From contig NC_092674.1 of the NCBI RefSeq assembly GCF_964355755.1, positions 24,738,001 to 24,802,000 on the forward strand: 64,000 nt of DNA, read 5' to 3'. Source of the DNA: Antedon mediterranea. Lineage: Eukaryota > Animalia > Echinodermata. A program made the translations under genes and the position numbers. Below are positions 1-12,600 of the stretch, piece after piece. How positions within the stretch are numbered: position 1 is the first letter of the stretch; each line of letters starts with the position of its first letter. The notes below the pieces were generated by a model. That model saw nothing but the letters and a program-made list of their open reading frames with translations. It was not told the DNA's origin and did not search any database.

Positions 1-50
1 AGTTACGGTAAACAGTGCCCCTGCCTTAACCGCTCGACCATTTGGCTCAC
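1..50 (-). mobile_element. 5' tRNA-derived head of a SINE (truncated by the window edge)
   Basis: The reverse strand reads TGGTCGAGCGGTTAAG (A box), similar to the head of the SINE at 50383-50680. Confidence 0.5.
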
Positions 51-275
51 TTATAATAAGCTTATAATTAAAATAAGCGAATAATTCCTAACACAACTTT
101 GTCCCTCATTTTACAGCTAAGTTTCCCAATATCGAACTCTGTACAACAGCTATTGAACAACTGCATTTCAGAATATCATAAATTTTGGGTCAGTACATTT
201 TTAAATTTTATACACATCCAACATTAGGTTTACTTGCCAGTTACAGGATGGATAAACTGTAACTTACTTGTCTTA

Positions 276-429
276 AGCTCTGTCACACTATCAAACTAGT
301 TTTGACAAAAAAAAGTGTGATGTGTCCAAATATGGTAGTGATATGCCCAAATATGGCAGTGTTATGACATCATCATGTCCATATATGGGTATATCATATG
401 TTTTTGATAGTGATAGTGTAGACAGATCT
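276..429. mobile_element. PIF/Harbinger (Tourist)-like MITE family X; about 11 copies in the window
   Basis: TIR AGCTCTGTCTACACTATCAAAC with TAA/TTA flanks. Other copies (approximate): 18564-18730, 20239-20312, 20509-20540, 21718-22345, 24317-24516, 25108-25250, 25650-25814, 30927-31020, 39495-39871, 53412-53496. Confidence 0.85.
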
Positions 430-626
430 TAATTCTCATTTGAGGCTCATGGAGTGAATTAGTTTTACTTGAAAGCTTTGCATAGGCTAGCATTGAATCT
501 GAGAATTGAATTTTTAATGCATTTTAAATGTTGTTAGATAAAATCATGGGGGACAAAATTGTTGGAAATTGTGGGTTGTTTTGATACAGGTGGTGTTTGT
601 TAATATTAGGTACTGTCATCACTTAC

Positions 627-3600
627 CAACCAAATAACAGGCCAGAAAGGTGTGCAGCATGGTCAAAGAAAGCCCATCTCATGACAACCCCTAGTGATTC
701 TATACCAATCAATACCTTCAATGCCTACAACAACAAATAATTTATGCAAACTTAACATTTCGGTCCATTAATTATATTATTACCGAAAAGATGACAATGC
801 TGTGGGTATCAGTGGCTGGATCTCAATGGAGATACAAAAAAAAAGCGAAAAGCTAAATCAAAACAAAACAGCCAGAAAAGGTAGCAGAGCTAATTCTCCA
901 ATAAGATTTTACTGGTAATTATCATATCATATAATTTTAACTTAAAATTTAAAAATTATGGAAGGACCCCTAAACTTTCGATTCAGAAAGTATACATAAA
1001 AATTGTATGTTTTAAGACATCCTGTTATTGGCTTTTGGCTGTTGGATGTGAATTAAATAATTAAGAATTAAAGATTAGACCCGTACTGGTTACGTTCCAT
1101 AGCCACCACCCGCAAGACTTTATTTCTTCATCCATACTTCTATCAACGAATAACTTAATAACAACAAGAGGAACACTATTATAATGTTTGGGAAATTACT
1201 GAACACTAATCTTTCAAAAATTCGTAATTTTAGTTTTACACCCACATTCATTAAACAACTCTCTTTGGAACACCAAACTTTAACATTTTTACACTATGGC
1301 CAATCCCTAATCAGGGGATATCCCTATTATGAAAACGCTTAGGTCCCGAAAGTGTTCCTTTTATAGAGGTCCTTCCATAATTTTAAAGTTTAAGTTCAAA
1401 CTGTGATAGTATCAGTAAAATCGTATTGGAGAATATGAGCCAATGAGAGGTAAATATGAATTATAACTTACCGTTCCAGCAGAGAATGTGAAAAATGGAA
1501 GAAAAACTATTGCAAGTCGAGCATCTGGATATTGGAAACATGTAGACCCCAAGACAGCCATTATTGCACCGGACTAGAAACAGAACGAATAATTTATTTA
1601 TTGTTAGGAAACATTTATATCACATACCGTATTTTCCGGAGTATAGGTCGAGACTTTGTGGGAAAATTTTAATTGCAAAATCGGGGGGTCGACTTATACT
1701 CCGACCATGCGATTTTTGAAAAAAATATGTTCAAAAGCCGTCAGCTATCAAGGCCCAGCAAGGTCAGTGGCCTATCATCAATCACTCACAGAAGTTTTCA
1801 ATTTAATACCTACATTGTACAAAATATTATACAACTCCAACAAGTACTGGTCAATAAAATATTAATATATCACAATGACTCATTTTGATGTTAATATTAC
1901 GCTTTTAAGATAATTAAGAATAAATAGTTTTCTCTATGCTTATTCACTCTCGCGAAAACATCGTAACACACACCACAGACGTCGGAATGTCCATGCAGCA
2001 TGTTTGTTATTGCGCGATATTTTCATCTATACACATGCGCAGTTTGTTTGTTTGTTCGTAATTACAATTACTGCGCATGTCTATTCATAAAATAAATTCT
2101 CCTTAGTCGGGCGCGTGTACATTTTACAGATAACGCGATTTACAACTACTCGCCTGTACAATTAATAAGCCTCCTAACGGAAAACTCGTTTTAATTTATT
2201 CGAGTGACGCGAAAAACATCGCTTATGGCAAGTGACGCTACATCGCTGTCATTTATTATAGGCTGGTGAAGACGGCGGCGAAGTCGTCGCCATTACGTCC
2301 GTCCGATATTGATTAGGCCTACACTTTCATAATATAAACAACCAACCACATTTCATACATTTCTAGCCCTCTTTGAACTTTAAAGTAAGTTGAGTTATTA
2401 GCCGATTTTGGGGGGCGACTTATATTCAGGTCATACCAAAATCAACGATATTCTAGGCCAAAGTTGGGGGTCGACTTGTACTTGGGGTCGACCTATACTC
2501 CGGAAAATACGGTAAATATTAACTATTATGAGACATTAAAATAGCATATTCAACAACAAAAATTGTTAAAAAAACATTTTTCAATGAGACCATAGTAAAG
2601 TAAAGTTAAGTTCAGCACATTGTTTTCTAATGTTTAGGCCCTGTCCCAACTCCTCTTGTAATGACTCTGTTATTGAGCACAATATTCTACTTACCGCTCC
2701 TAATGATGGGTTATACTTTGAAGTCAAGACTTTTAGTAGATGACTAGAAAATGAGGACCACACACCTTAAAAACAAACAAAAGACAATTGTAATATTGGT
2801 TAAACTACTAATTGCAATTAGTTGAAACACTCTAGAATTAGTAAAATTTAACTTTTTATAAACACAAGTTTTAACATTATTTTATGCAATCCAAATGTAA
2901 CTCCACTCACTAATTCATAACTAGATAACACCTTAAGTGATCACTGGATATAATTTTAAGTGACCCCTGGATATAATCTTAAGTGACCCCTGGATATAAC
3001 CTTAAGTGACCCATGGATATCATCTTAAGTGATCCCTGGATAACATCTTAAGTGATCCCTGGATAACATGTTAATTGATCCCTGGATAATATGTTAAGTG
3101 ACCCCTGGATAACATCTTAAAGACACCTTCCCTACAATTTGTGACGTTTTGTAAAAATAATACATTTATTACTTTAAAAACATTAAACCAGGTCATTTCT
3201 TGTCTTAAATGTAGGTTTTATGGTAAATTATGATAAAAAGTGAGAAACAATGCACTACCTAAGTAGCTCGCGGCGACTGACCTCTCGTGGACGGTCTTTA
3301 GGCCTAGCCTAGCTAGGCTTAGTTTTGTAGGCCTAGCTGGTAAACATCGGTAGCGTACGAACATCGTACGCTAGCTATATACCTAGCGTGACGTTGTATA
3401 TTTGCTGCATTAATTGTCGTTCTATTTTTCCCAGACTCCGTTGATACAAATTGGGGAAAACCCGGTATTTTCGCTGAAAAGTTAAGAGTCTTCCATTTGT
3501 TTTGGCCTCACGACGATCGATCGAAAAGTGGGTGAATTACAGAAGAAAAATAGAAATATCAATCCGCGCGCAATGCATTTTGGGATTTATAGCGGGCCGC

Positions 3601-6600
3601 TATAATTATTAGAATCGACTTATTTTTTACATTTTTAACCATTTAAAGACGAAAAAAGTTATCGCAATAGGACCATATAGTATTATTTTTACATTAAATA
3701 TAGTTTGTGATCTTAAAATAGATCTAAAAAACGTAGGGAAGGTGTCTTTAAGTGACCCCTGGGTAACATCGTAAGTGACCCCTGGGTAACATCGTAAGTG
3801 ACCCCTGGGTAACATTGTAAGTGACCCCTGGATAACATCGTAAGTGACCCCTGGGTATCATCTAAAGTGATGCCTGGATAACTACTCTAAATGCTAGGTA
3901 AAATTTTAGTTGATTATTTACTGAAAAATTGTATCTATTAAATACCAACCTGCAGACATATACATAGCCAAGAATTGTTCTTTGCCAAATAACCTCTCCA
4001 TACTGTGAGAAAATGTCCATAAGACATACATATTGACTGCTAAATGCCACAGAGAGTAGTGACTAAATGTTGACAGCACCATTGGTATACATACAGCATC
4101 TGTAGGAAAAGTAAAGTTACAATCTACTAACCATCTACAGTAAAACTTCCAATGGACACACCAAGACACTTTCCTCTGAAATGCATGAGGGGCAAGGCGT
4201 TTTAAAAGACAGTCGTTATACAGGGGACACCCACACTAAGAGGACACTTTGTTGGGTCCAGAAGGTGTCCCCTTAGCAAATGGCAAGAACATAATCAGGT
4301 GTGTTAGAAAAAAGTATTATCGTCTAAATTTTGAGTATTAAAGTATTGAACATAGGAATATGTTCATACTGTACATAAAATGTATCTTATGTATTTTACC
4401 ATTTATCAGTCAGAAATAAATTCAAAATTCAAAAAACTTGTATTGTCCAATTACATACACAAACCATACAATTGGAAATGTGTCGTTTGATACACTACAT
4501 ACAAAGCAATTATAAAATAATATAGAGTTATACTGAACATCATTCACAATACTTGTTACAATATAAAAGAGGACACGTAACTGAAGCTAAAACTTAGTGT
4601 ATTGTGTTGAGGAAAGACTAAGCGTATTGCAGATTATTGCAAATTATTTAAGTAAATATCTTAAAAAATGAATTAAGAGCTCAATTTAAGAACAATCAAA
4701 CTATAACATCTGAGATATCACTATCACCTAAATAAATTCCTGTCATTTGATTGAACGATTGCTTTGCCTTGTTGAAATATAACTTTCATTATTCAACTCA
4801 TGCCATTATTTGTACCATTACACTCATAAACATTCATTATTTGTATACTATTAACCTATTGCTGAAAGATTAATACATAATACACAAAAGAAAACTTACT
4901 AGCAGCTGGGTTGGCACTGAACCACTTGACCATAAACATCTGCATGAATGGGAGTCGCCAGAGAGCAAAAACTCCTACATTGAGTGCAACGATACCGAGG
5001 ACAACCTTCTGTGTCCCAAGAAGACCAGAGAACCATTGATGAATCTGTAAGAAAATAGAGTTTATTAGAATTTTTAATCGTTTGAGGTTAGAAAGCAGTT
5101 GGTGTCACAGAGAAGCAGCAAGAGAATTAGTGTAAATAAATTAAAGGAGTGACAAAAAAACAGCACTATCAGGTATATTCTAAAGGTGATTAGCAGTCTT
5201 TAAATGTGGTTATACCCTGCGACCTATTCAGCACATCATCATTGTTTTCAAGTATCAACAAATGCAGGAATGTACTTGAATACTAGACATCTGTGGTGAA
5301 CAATGGCACAGATCCTGGTGGATTTTGTTTTATTTTTATTTTTTACTGTGTTCCACCACATCAACATTCAAAACGGATCAGCACCCTTGCTGGTGAACCA
5401 AGAAGAGGTTGCCATTGGGTGCAAACTGCAATATTTAGATTATTTAGCTTTTGTTATACCTGCTGTCTAAACTCTCCAGCTTTCTCAGTGTTAAAGAAAT
5501 TAAACTGACCAAGAGCTCGACTGATGGCCTTTGACCTCATGCCTTCATACTGCCAGATTGCAGCGCCTGCAAAACTGCTACCAGTAACCTAAAAATATTG
5601 ATTCAATTGACATTATTTACTTTAGAAAAAGTTTAATTTCAAAATAGTATAAAAATAACAATTTGTAGTGTAAAAAAAATTCTATCCACAGATGTTGCAA
5701 CTTCACTTTGTTTTCTTGGTAGATGAAAATTCAACATTTAAACTCTAGTAATGTCCAATGTATATATTATGAAAGATTATAATCATGCTTGAGTATAACC
5801 TCATCCCAAGATGTTGGTAATTCCATTTTAAATGTAATACCATTATAATTAAACTCCACAAAATGTTGTAACCAGATGTACAAAAAGGCATTATAAAACC
5901 TGTTCTTACAGGAACAGGTCTTAGGGTCTTTCACACCTGTTCCGCTATGGTCATAGTAAGTCCGGCAACGGAAAATGAAATCAAAAGTCAATGTTTTGTT
6001 TTCACAACGCTCCATGCGTCTATGCACCAATCAATATGCTTGTATCCACATGAAAACAAAACATTAATGTTCGGTTTGATTTGCCGGAGTCACACCGAAA
6101 CTGTGCTGGAACAAGTGTGAATCTTTTATGGTACTGGTCTGGTAACTGTAGTCCATGATGTTTGCAGGCTAGTAGTTGTCTTAATATGTTTTTTTTTATT
6201 TTCAATTATGGTTTTATTAATTGTGTATTTATTTATGTTGTTCTTTTTCTGTAAACATTAACGTGTAATGGAATCATACCACACATGCAAAAGCAAAAGG
6301 TTTGAATAATTTGCGCAATGGAACTTTGACATCTTCTCTAAAACGAACTTGGAAGTGTTCAAGACTGGACGGTTCAAAGTTGGCTTCTACAACATCTCCT
6401 TTCTTTTGTTTTGGTTTTCTTCCAATTTTTTTACTTTCATTTTCTATTAATCTTTTAAATGCCCGGTATTGTTGTTGACTTGGTCTGCAAGAGAAATTAT
6501 AGGCTTTTGAGTTGAGTTCAGTAGGCAAGACAATATTTGAAACACAATAATTAATATGTAGGCCTAGTAGGCTAGGCCTATCCCCTTTCTATTATTTAGT

Positions 6601-9600
6601 ATTTTCCAAACCAAAATTTAAAAAAATTTAAAAATACATTTGCTCCAAAAACAAAACTACTACTAGGGCCCTAGGCAGTCTAGTCCAAGCTTAGCTGTGA
6701 TTACTCTTCCCATGCTCCGTCTATAAGCCTAGGCTGGCGTAACATAGAAAGCCTGATACTGGCTGGGATTTGGTGGGCCTGTAACACAAAATTTGGTCCG
6801 GGGCCAAAACTGGTCCGGTCGGATCGATTTTGGCGTTGAAACAGCCTCTAAAACAGGTCCGACTAGGCCAAAACTGGTCCGGCCTTCAAAATCGCTTATT
6901 TAGCCATAAAAATATCATAAGAAGCCTGGGAAAAGTTCAAATGGTTGAAGTAAAACCTCTATGCTTTAGAGTAAATATACCATTACCGTAAAATCGAAAA
7001 GAAATTATCGAAACGGAGAGATTAAAAATGTGCAAGAATAAATTGGCGTTCGGTTCGGAAGGAATCTTCAATTATTCCATTGTAAAATTTGCAGGATAAA
7101 TTAGTAATAGCGCCCTCTGATTTTTTCTTTGTGGGGGGGGGGGGGGGTGGGGGAGGACTTTTTCATTCACATTGTATTCATATATTTTGATTAAATAAGG
7201 TTTGATTAAATACATTCTCACATATTTCCTCATTTTATCGTTTCAAAATAATACATTTTCAGTATATCACTGGGCGGTTTAGAAATTGTTTTTAATATAT
7301 AACTTTAACTTGCACTGAAGGGTTTAAAAAAGAGGGTTCTCATATAATATTTTTTGTTGAATATTCCATTTTTAATTTGTCATCTTCATGTTTGATTTTG
7401 ATAATGTCATCATACCAATGATGTGTGTTTTGTAATTTCACCTACTGTGTGCTAACAGTCAACATCATTCCAATCCATAAGTCAGGTGACTATAGTGATG
7501 TTTCTAATTATAGACCGATTTCCTTATGTTCTACAATTGGTAAATTGCTTGAGAGAGTTGTTGGTCAAAAGTTACTATCTTTTCTTGAAGAAAATACACT
7601 TCTCTCCGAGAAACAACATGGCTTATTGAGGGGTAGGTCTTGTACCACCTTACTTACAGATGTTATAACTGATTGGTCTAAAATACTTGATGAGCGTTCT
7701 CCGCCCCATATCGATGCGATTTTTCTCGATTGGCGGAAAGCTTTTGATAAAATTAGCCATAAGATTCTGTTAAGCAAGTTACATAATTTTGGTATCTGTG
7801 ATTCAATGCTGGACTGGTTTAAATCCTACCTATCCTGTAGATCTCAACGAGTTACATTTAGGGGCTCCACTTCCGAGAATATATTGGTAAAATCCGGGGT
7901 TCCTCAGGGATCAGTGATTGGGCCAATCCTCTTTAATCTCTTTGTATCCGATCTCCCCTCCTGCATTGAATCACAGATACAACTATATGCTGATGATACT
8001 CTCATATACAGAGCCATCAGAAACAAAAACAAAGATAAAGATAACCATAATGATAATGATGAAATGAGCTTGCAGTCGGATCTTCATGCTATTAACAACT
8101 GGTGTGTGACCAACAAAATGCTACTAAATACTGACAAATGTTTTGTAATGCACATAACTAGATCTAACAGTCGCCTTGAACAAGCATGTGATTATTTTAT
8201 TGGAGATGATAGATTGCCCGTTACGAATTCCATTAAATATCTTGGAATTCACCTGAATCGCAAACTCACTTGGGCTGATCATGTCCAATATGTTAAATCC
8301 AAATCTAATCGCATGTTTGGTTTTGTGAGACGTATTGTCAAATGTCGTGATAAAGCTATTATATTGCGACTATATATATCGTTAGTTAGACCATATATTG
8401 ATTACGGTTTACCTGCCTGGATCCCCTTTCTTAAAAAAGACATCGCTGCTCTTGAAGCTGTCCAAAGGAGGGTCACCCGCACATGCTTCCCAAGATCAGC
8501 CAGTCTCCCTTACCCTGAACGTTTGAAACGCCTTAATCTGATGTCCATTAACAATCGCATTAGGTATTTATGTATTAATTTTGTTACCAAATGTATGTAC
8601 AAATTATATGATGTTAATGTTTTTAAATATTTATCTATTAATTGCAGACATGTTAATAACCTTAAGTTACGCAATAATTTTATAGCCCGGACTGATTTAT
8701 TTCATAACTCTGTCTTTAATTTTTTTGTTCGACATTTTAGAGATCTGCCTGCGGATCTCTGCGACCAACTTTTAATTAATATAAACTGTTTTAAGCATAG
8801 CCTTAAGAAATATTTTAACAATCTGTTTTAATCTGAACATATGTATATTTTAAAGATATTTTCTTAATTCTATCTTTTTAAATTTACAATTTTTTATAAA
8901 AACACATTGCTGAATTTTATAGTTTTATCTAAATTTTAATAGAATCCATGTATTATTCATTTTATGTAAGTATTTCGATGTGGAGAGCCTCTCGACGGTT
9001 ATTTTTATTTGTAACTTTTAGGTTATCCGGCCTCATTGACTTACTTTTGTATTGTTTTTTTGTGCTGTTCTGTATATTGGCGAAATAAATGATATGATAT
9101 GATATGATATGATACACTGTATATACACAGTAGTAAATAATAGTACTGTATATATTGTATATGACACACACTAGTAGGCACAACTCAGTACTATAATAAG
9201 CGATGCATCAGCTCATAGGATGACATACATCAACGTTTTGCGATCGTATTTTAACGTACTGCATCTGTTTTAAAATGAAATGTCAGTAAAATTATAAAAT
9301 GATCACCTATTTATTCTTCAAAGTGAGGAATTAAATTTATTCTTTGTCTGCATACATATTACAAAATTTAGATTTCAGAAATACTCATGGTTTCAGCCGA
9401 TACAATAGCAAATGAATTTGACACAAATTTAAACTAGCATGATATAAAAAAACACTTTTGTTGTTTTTTATAATTGATGAGGACTACTGAGCCTGCCTTC
9501 CGCCAAAAAAAAAGGGAAAAAATGTTTGCACTTATATTTATAAAAAAAAAACAAAAACTGTTATAAAAAAAAAAAAAAACTGTTATAAAAAAAAAACAAA

Positions 9601-12600
9601 AAACTGTTATATTAAAGATGTATTGTCTTCAAAATCATGAAAAATGAAGATTAATTAAATCAGACTTTGAATATGCTATTTTGTAGTTTTAATAAAGTTA
9701 ATCACTTCTGTAGAAAAAAAACGGAAACAAATAATGTTTTCACTTATAAAATGACAAAATGGTTAAATTCAACCAAAAACCCATTGGCTGGCAGCCAATT
9801 TGATCATTTTTTGCTTTAAATTACTTTTTTTTCAGGTAAATACATTTTCTTTCAATCCAATTTTTGGTCAAAGTGGATAACTATTATGTTACATTAAAAT
9901 GGCAAATTTAACAACAAATTTGTTAATAATTATTTTTCAGGGGGACAATACATCTTTAAACCAAAAACCCATTGGCTGTTGGTACAGTTTTTGCAGGAAA
10001 ACAAAATTGTTTTGATCCATTTTTGGTCAAAGTGAATAACTATTAAGTATTATGGAACATTACCATTTTTCAGGGGACAATATATCATCAACATCAACAA
10101 ATGTCCCTCCTAAAACTTTAGGTTTTTTCAAAATTATTTCCCATTTAAAAATAGCTTGATTGTTTCGTTAATATGATTAAGTTTCGCCAATACTACTATG
10201 CGCCATCTATTTCGGGTAGAAAAGTATCAGTAGGCCTATTATATCATTACATTTTATACACAGTATACTTTGTGTAACTGCATAAAGTACTTAATATTTT
10301 GTATATCATTTATACGATACAATAGTAATACGTCGCATTTATATACAAACATGAATAGAAAAAATGAATTTACCATGTGTGCCGTTGTTTAGGTAGAGAG
10401 GCTATAAACCCAGGGGAGGCCGGAGCCTCTCTTTTCACCAAGACATAAAAATATGAAGTGATCGTAGTAGAAGAATGAAATAGAAAGAAACAAGATCTTA
10501 GAATAACAGAATGGGATGATAATATAAATGAAAACCGTAAGGTTAGGGCCCACGCACGGTGCAAGTCCAAGCTCCTTATATCTTGGCTCTGTGTGCATGT
10601 GAGACGCATCATACCCAAAACTTACATATTATTTTTCATTTGACAAAACAGATTTGTGTGTTATAGCACGTACGTCCTTTTAATGAGGGAAGGTATAAGA
10701 GTTGTTTTCTCAAAAAATTTTCTCCTGGAAATGTTCGACATCGCACAACAAGTTGAAGATATTTGGCTCAATTTCACAATGTTGAAGACCTTGTACATCA
10801 TACCGATTGTCGGTAAATTCTCTTACAAAAATGACAGCATGTAGTGTAGCTTCATCTGCGTAATTGTCCACAAGAGCAGCGTTTAAGGTTTCTTCGGTGA
10901 TGTAGTCCCAATATTTGCGGGCCAGATACTTGCATATTGGATGGTATGGTCTGCGGATGTACTTTCGTTCCGAAGTGTCAAGTAACCCCTCCTCTTGTTT
11001 TTCAACGTCCAAAACTGGCTCAATATGAGCACAAACATTTGAAAGATACACATTTCTTTCCAAAACTTCAACATCCTGATTTGTTAATCGGCAATACTTC
11101 AGCTATTGAAAATGTGGTTGATTCTTTCTTGTGCCATATTTGCTGTAGATGTAGACAATGGTTTTGGTCATTGTTGCAAATGCTAACATTTTCAACTCGG
11201 AGCCCCATGTTCCATCTTTAGACATAGCTGTCATATCACTTATGTATTTTTCGAATGATCTGCTGTCGATGTCTTCAAAGATACGTCTGTTTTTGGACAT
11301 AAACTCTAAAATATGGTCCCTCACAATCATATGGTGACTTTGGACACCAACAAGAACATAACTAAGCGCTCTAAAGAGGCAGTTCCCGCGCATCCTGGCT
11401 GTTTTCGTGGGTTTTGCTGCCTTGTTCATTTCTCTTTGATTTGTATTCACGTCTTGTTATGATATTTTTAACGTCGATTCAAAACAAAAATGATTTTTCT
11501 GCTTGCCAATGTGCATCTACTTGTTAAAAAGGGTTTGTTGATTCATTTGCAGCTTTTTCGGGTAGATTATTTGACAATTTCCTCTTTTTAAAAGGCAGGT
11601 TGCTTCCCTTGACGATTAGTGGCGAAACAGATGTACTGCCGGACTTTTGAGTGTTGCGGTAATCATGTTTTGATAAAGAAGTTGGTGGAAAGATATGGCT
11701 TCAGACGTATCCCGTTAACACGTTTGATAACACTGTCGTCATCTAGCCCTATCAGAGAATATGATCCCTTTCCCAGTTTTGAAGTAATTTTGTATGGACC
11801 TAACCATTTATTTTCCAGTTTTCATTTCTTCCTTTTTTTCCTTCGCAGATCTTTCATCAATACATTGTTCCTTCCGCATTCAAATCCAGTTGGTCGTGCA
11901 TGCCTTCTGTCATAAAAGATTTTTTTTTAAATTACAAATACTACCAGTAGGCCTAAATAATGATATTAGAGTGTAATAATTGAATTTTAAAAAGTTCATA
12001 TTTTTGATAATTTTGAGAAAATGGCAAATTTAACCCTCTTATTTTTCGCTAAAACTTGATTACGACACTATAAGATGATGATGCAATCCACGCGTACACC
12101 AACCAGTGGTATTATTAGAGCGTAATAAGTAATTGCATTCTTAAAAGTCCATAATTTGGGGTGATAAAAAAAATCAATGTACTATAATTTTTTACCCTCT
12201 TTTTTTTCGCTAAGACTATTACGAAACTCGTGTTTATTCGTCGTATAGCCAAATTCGTGAATGTGGGAACCAGTCGTTCCACTGTGGTGTTTTCAGTCAA
12301 TTTTTTATCTTTATTATTGTAAGTATTGCTACCCATATCTATTGTTATTACAGTATCAATGTTGTATTATACTACTATTAATAATAAGAGGCCCTTGGTG
12401 GCCACTTGCACCCTAAAATGTGGACTGGAAAAAAAATAAGGCAGGTGTAATTTCTTACAAAGGCAAAAAAAAAAATGATATTGATAGCAGTAATGACAAT
12501 AACCTAAAATAATAATACTAATATAAATAATGAACATTCTATATTTGATAATAAGACGTATTCAGTTTGTTGCATAATAATATCTAAGATCCTTAGACAT

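Noticed and set aside
7133-7156. Poly-G tract as a functional G-quadruplex
   Set aside because: A simple homopolymer inside a decayed transposon, with nothing else supporting function.
10710-11450. Host OTU deubiquitinase gene nested in PARL
   Set aside because: It has an in-frame stop, is linked to a GPY/F integrase tail, and is enclosed by TIRs with a TSD.
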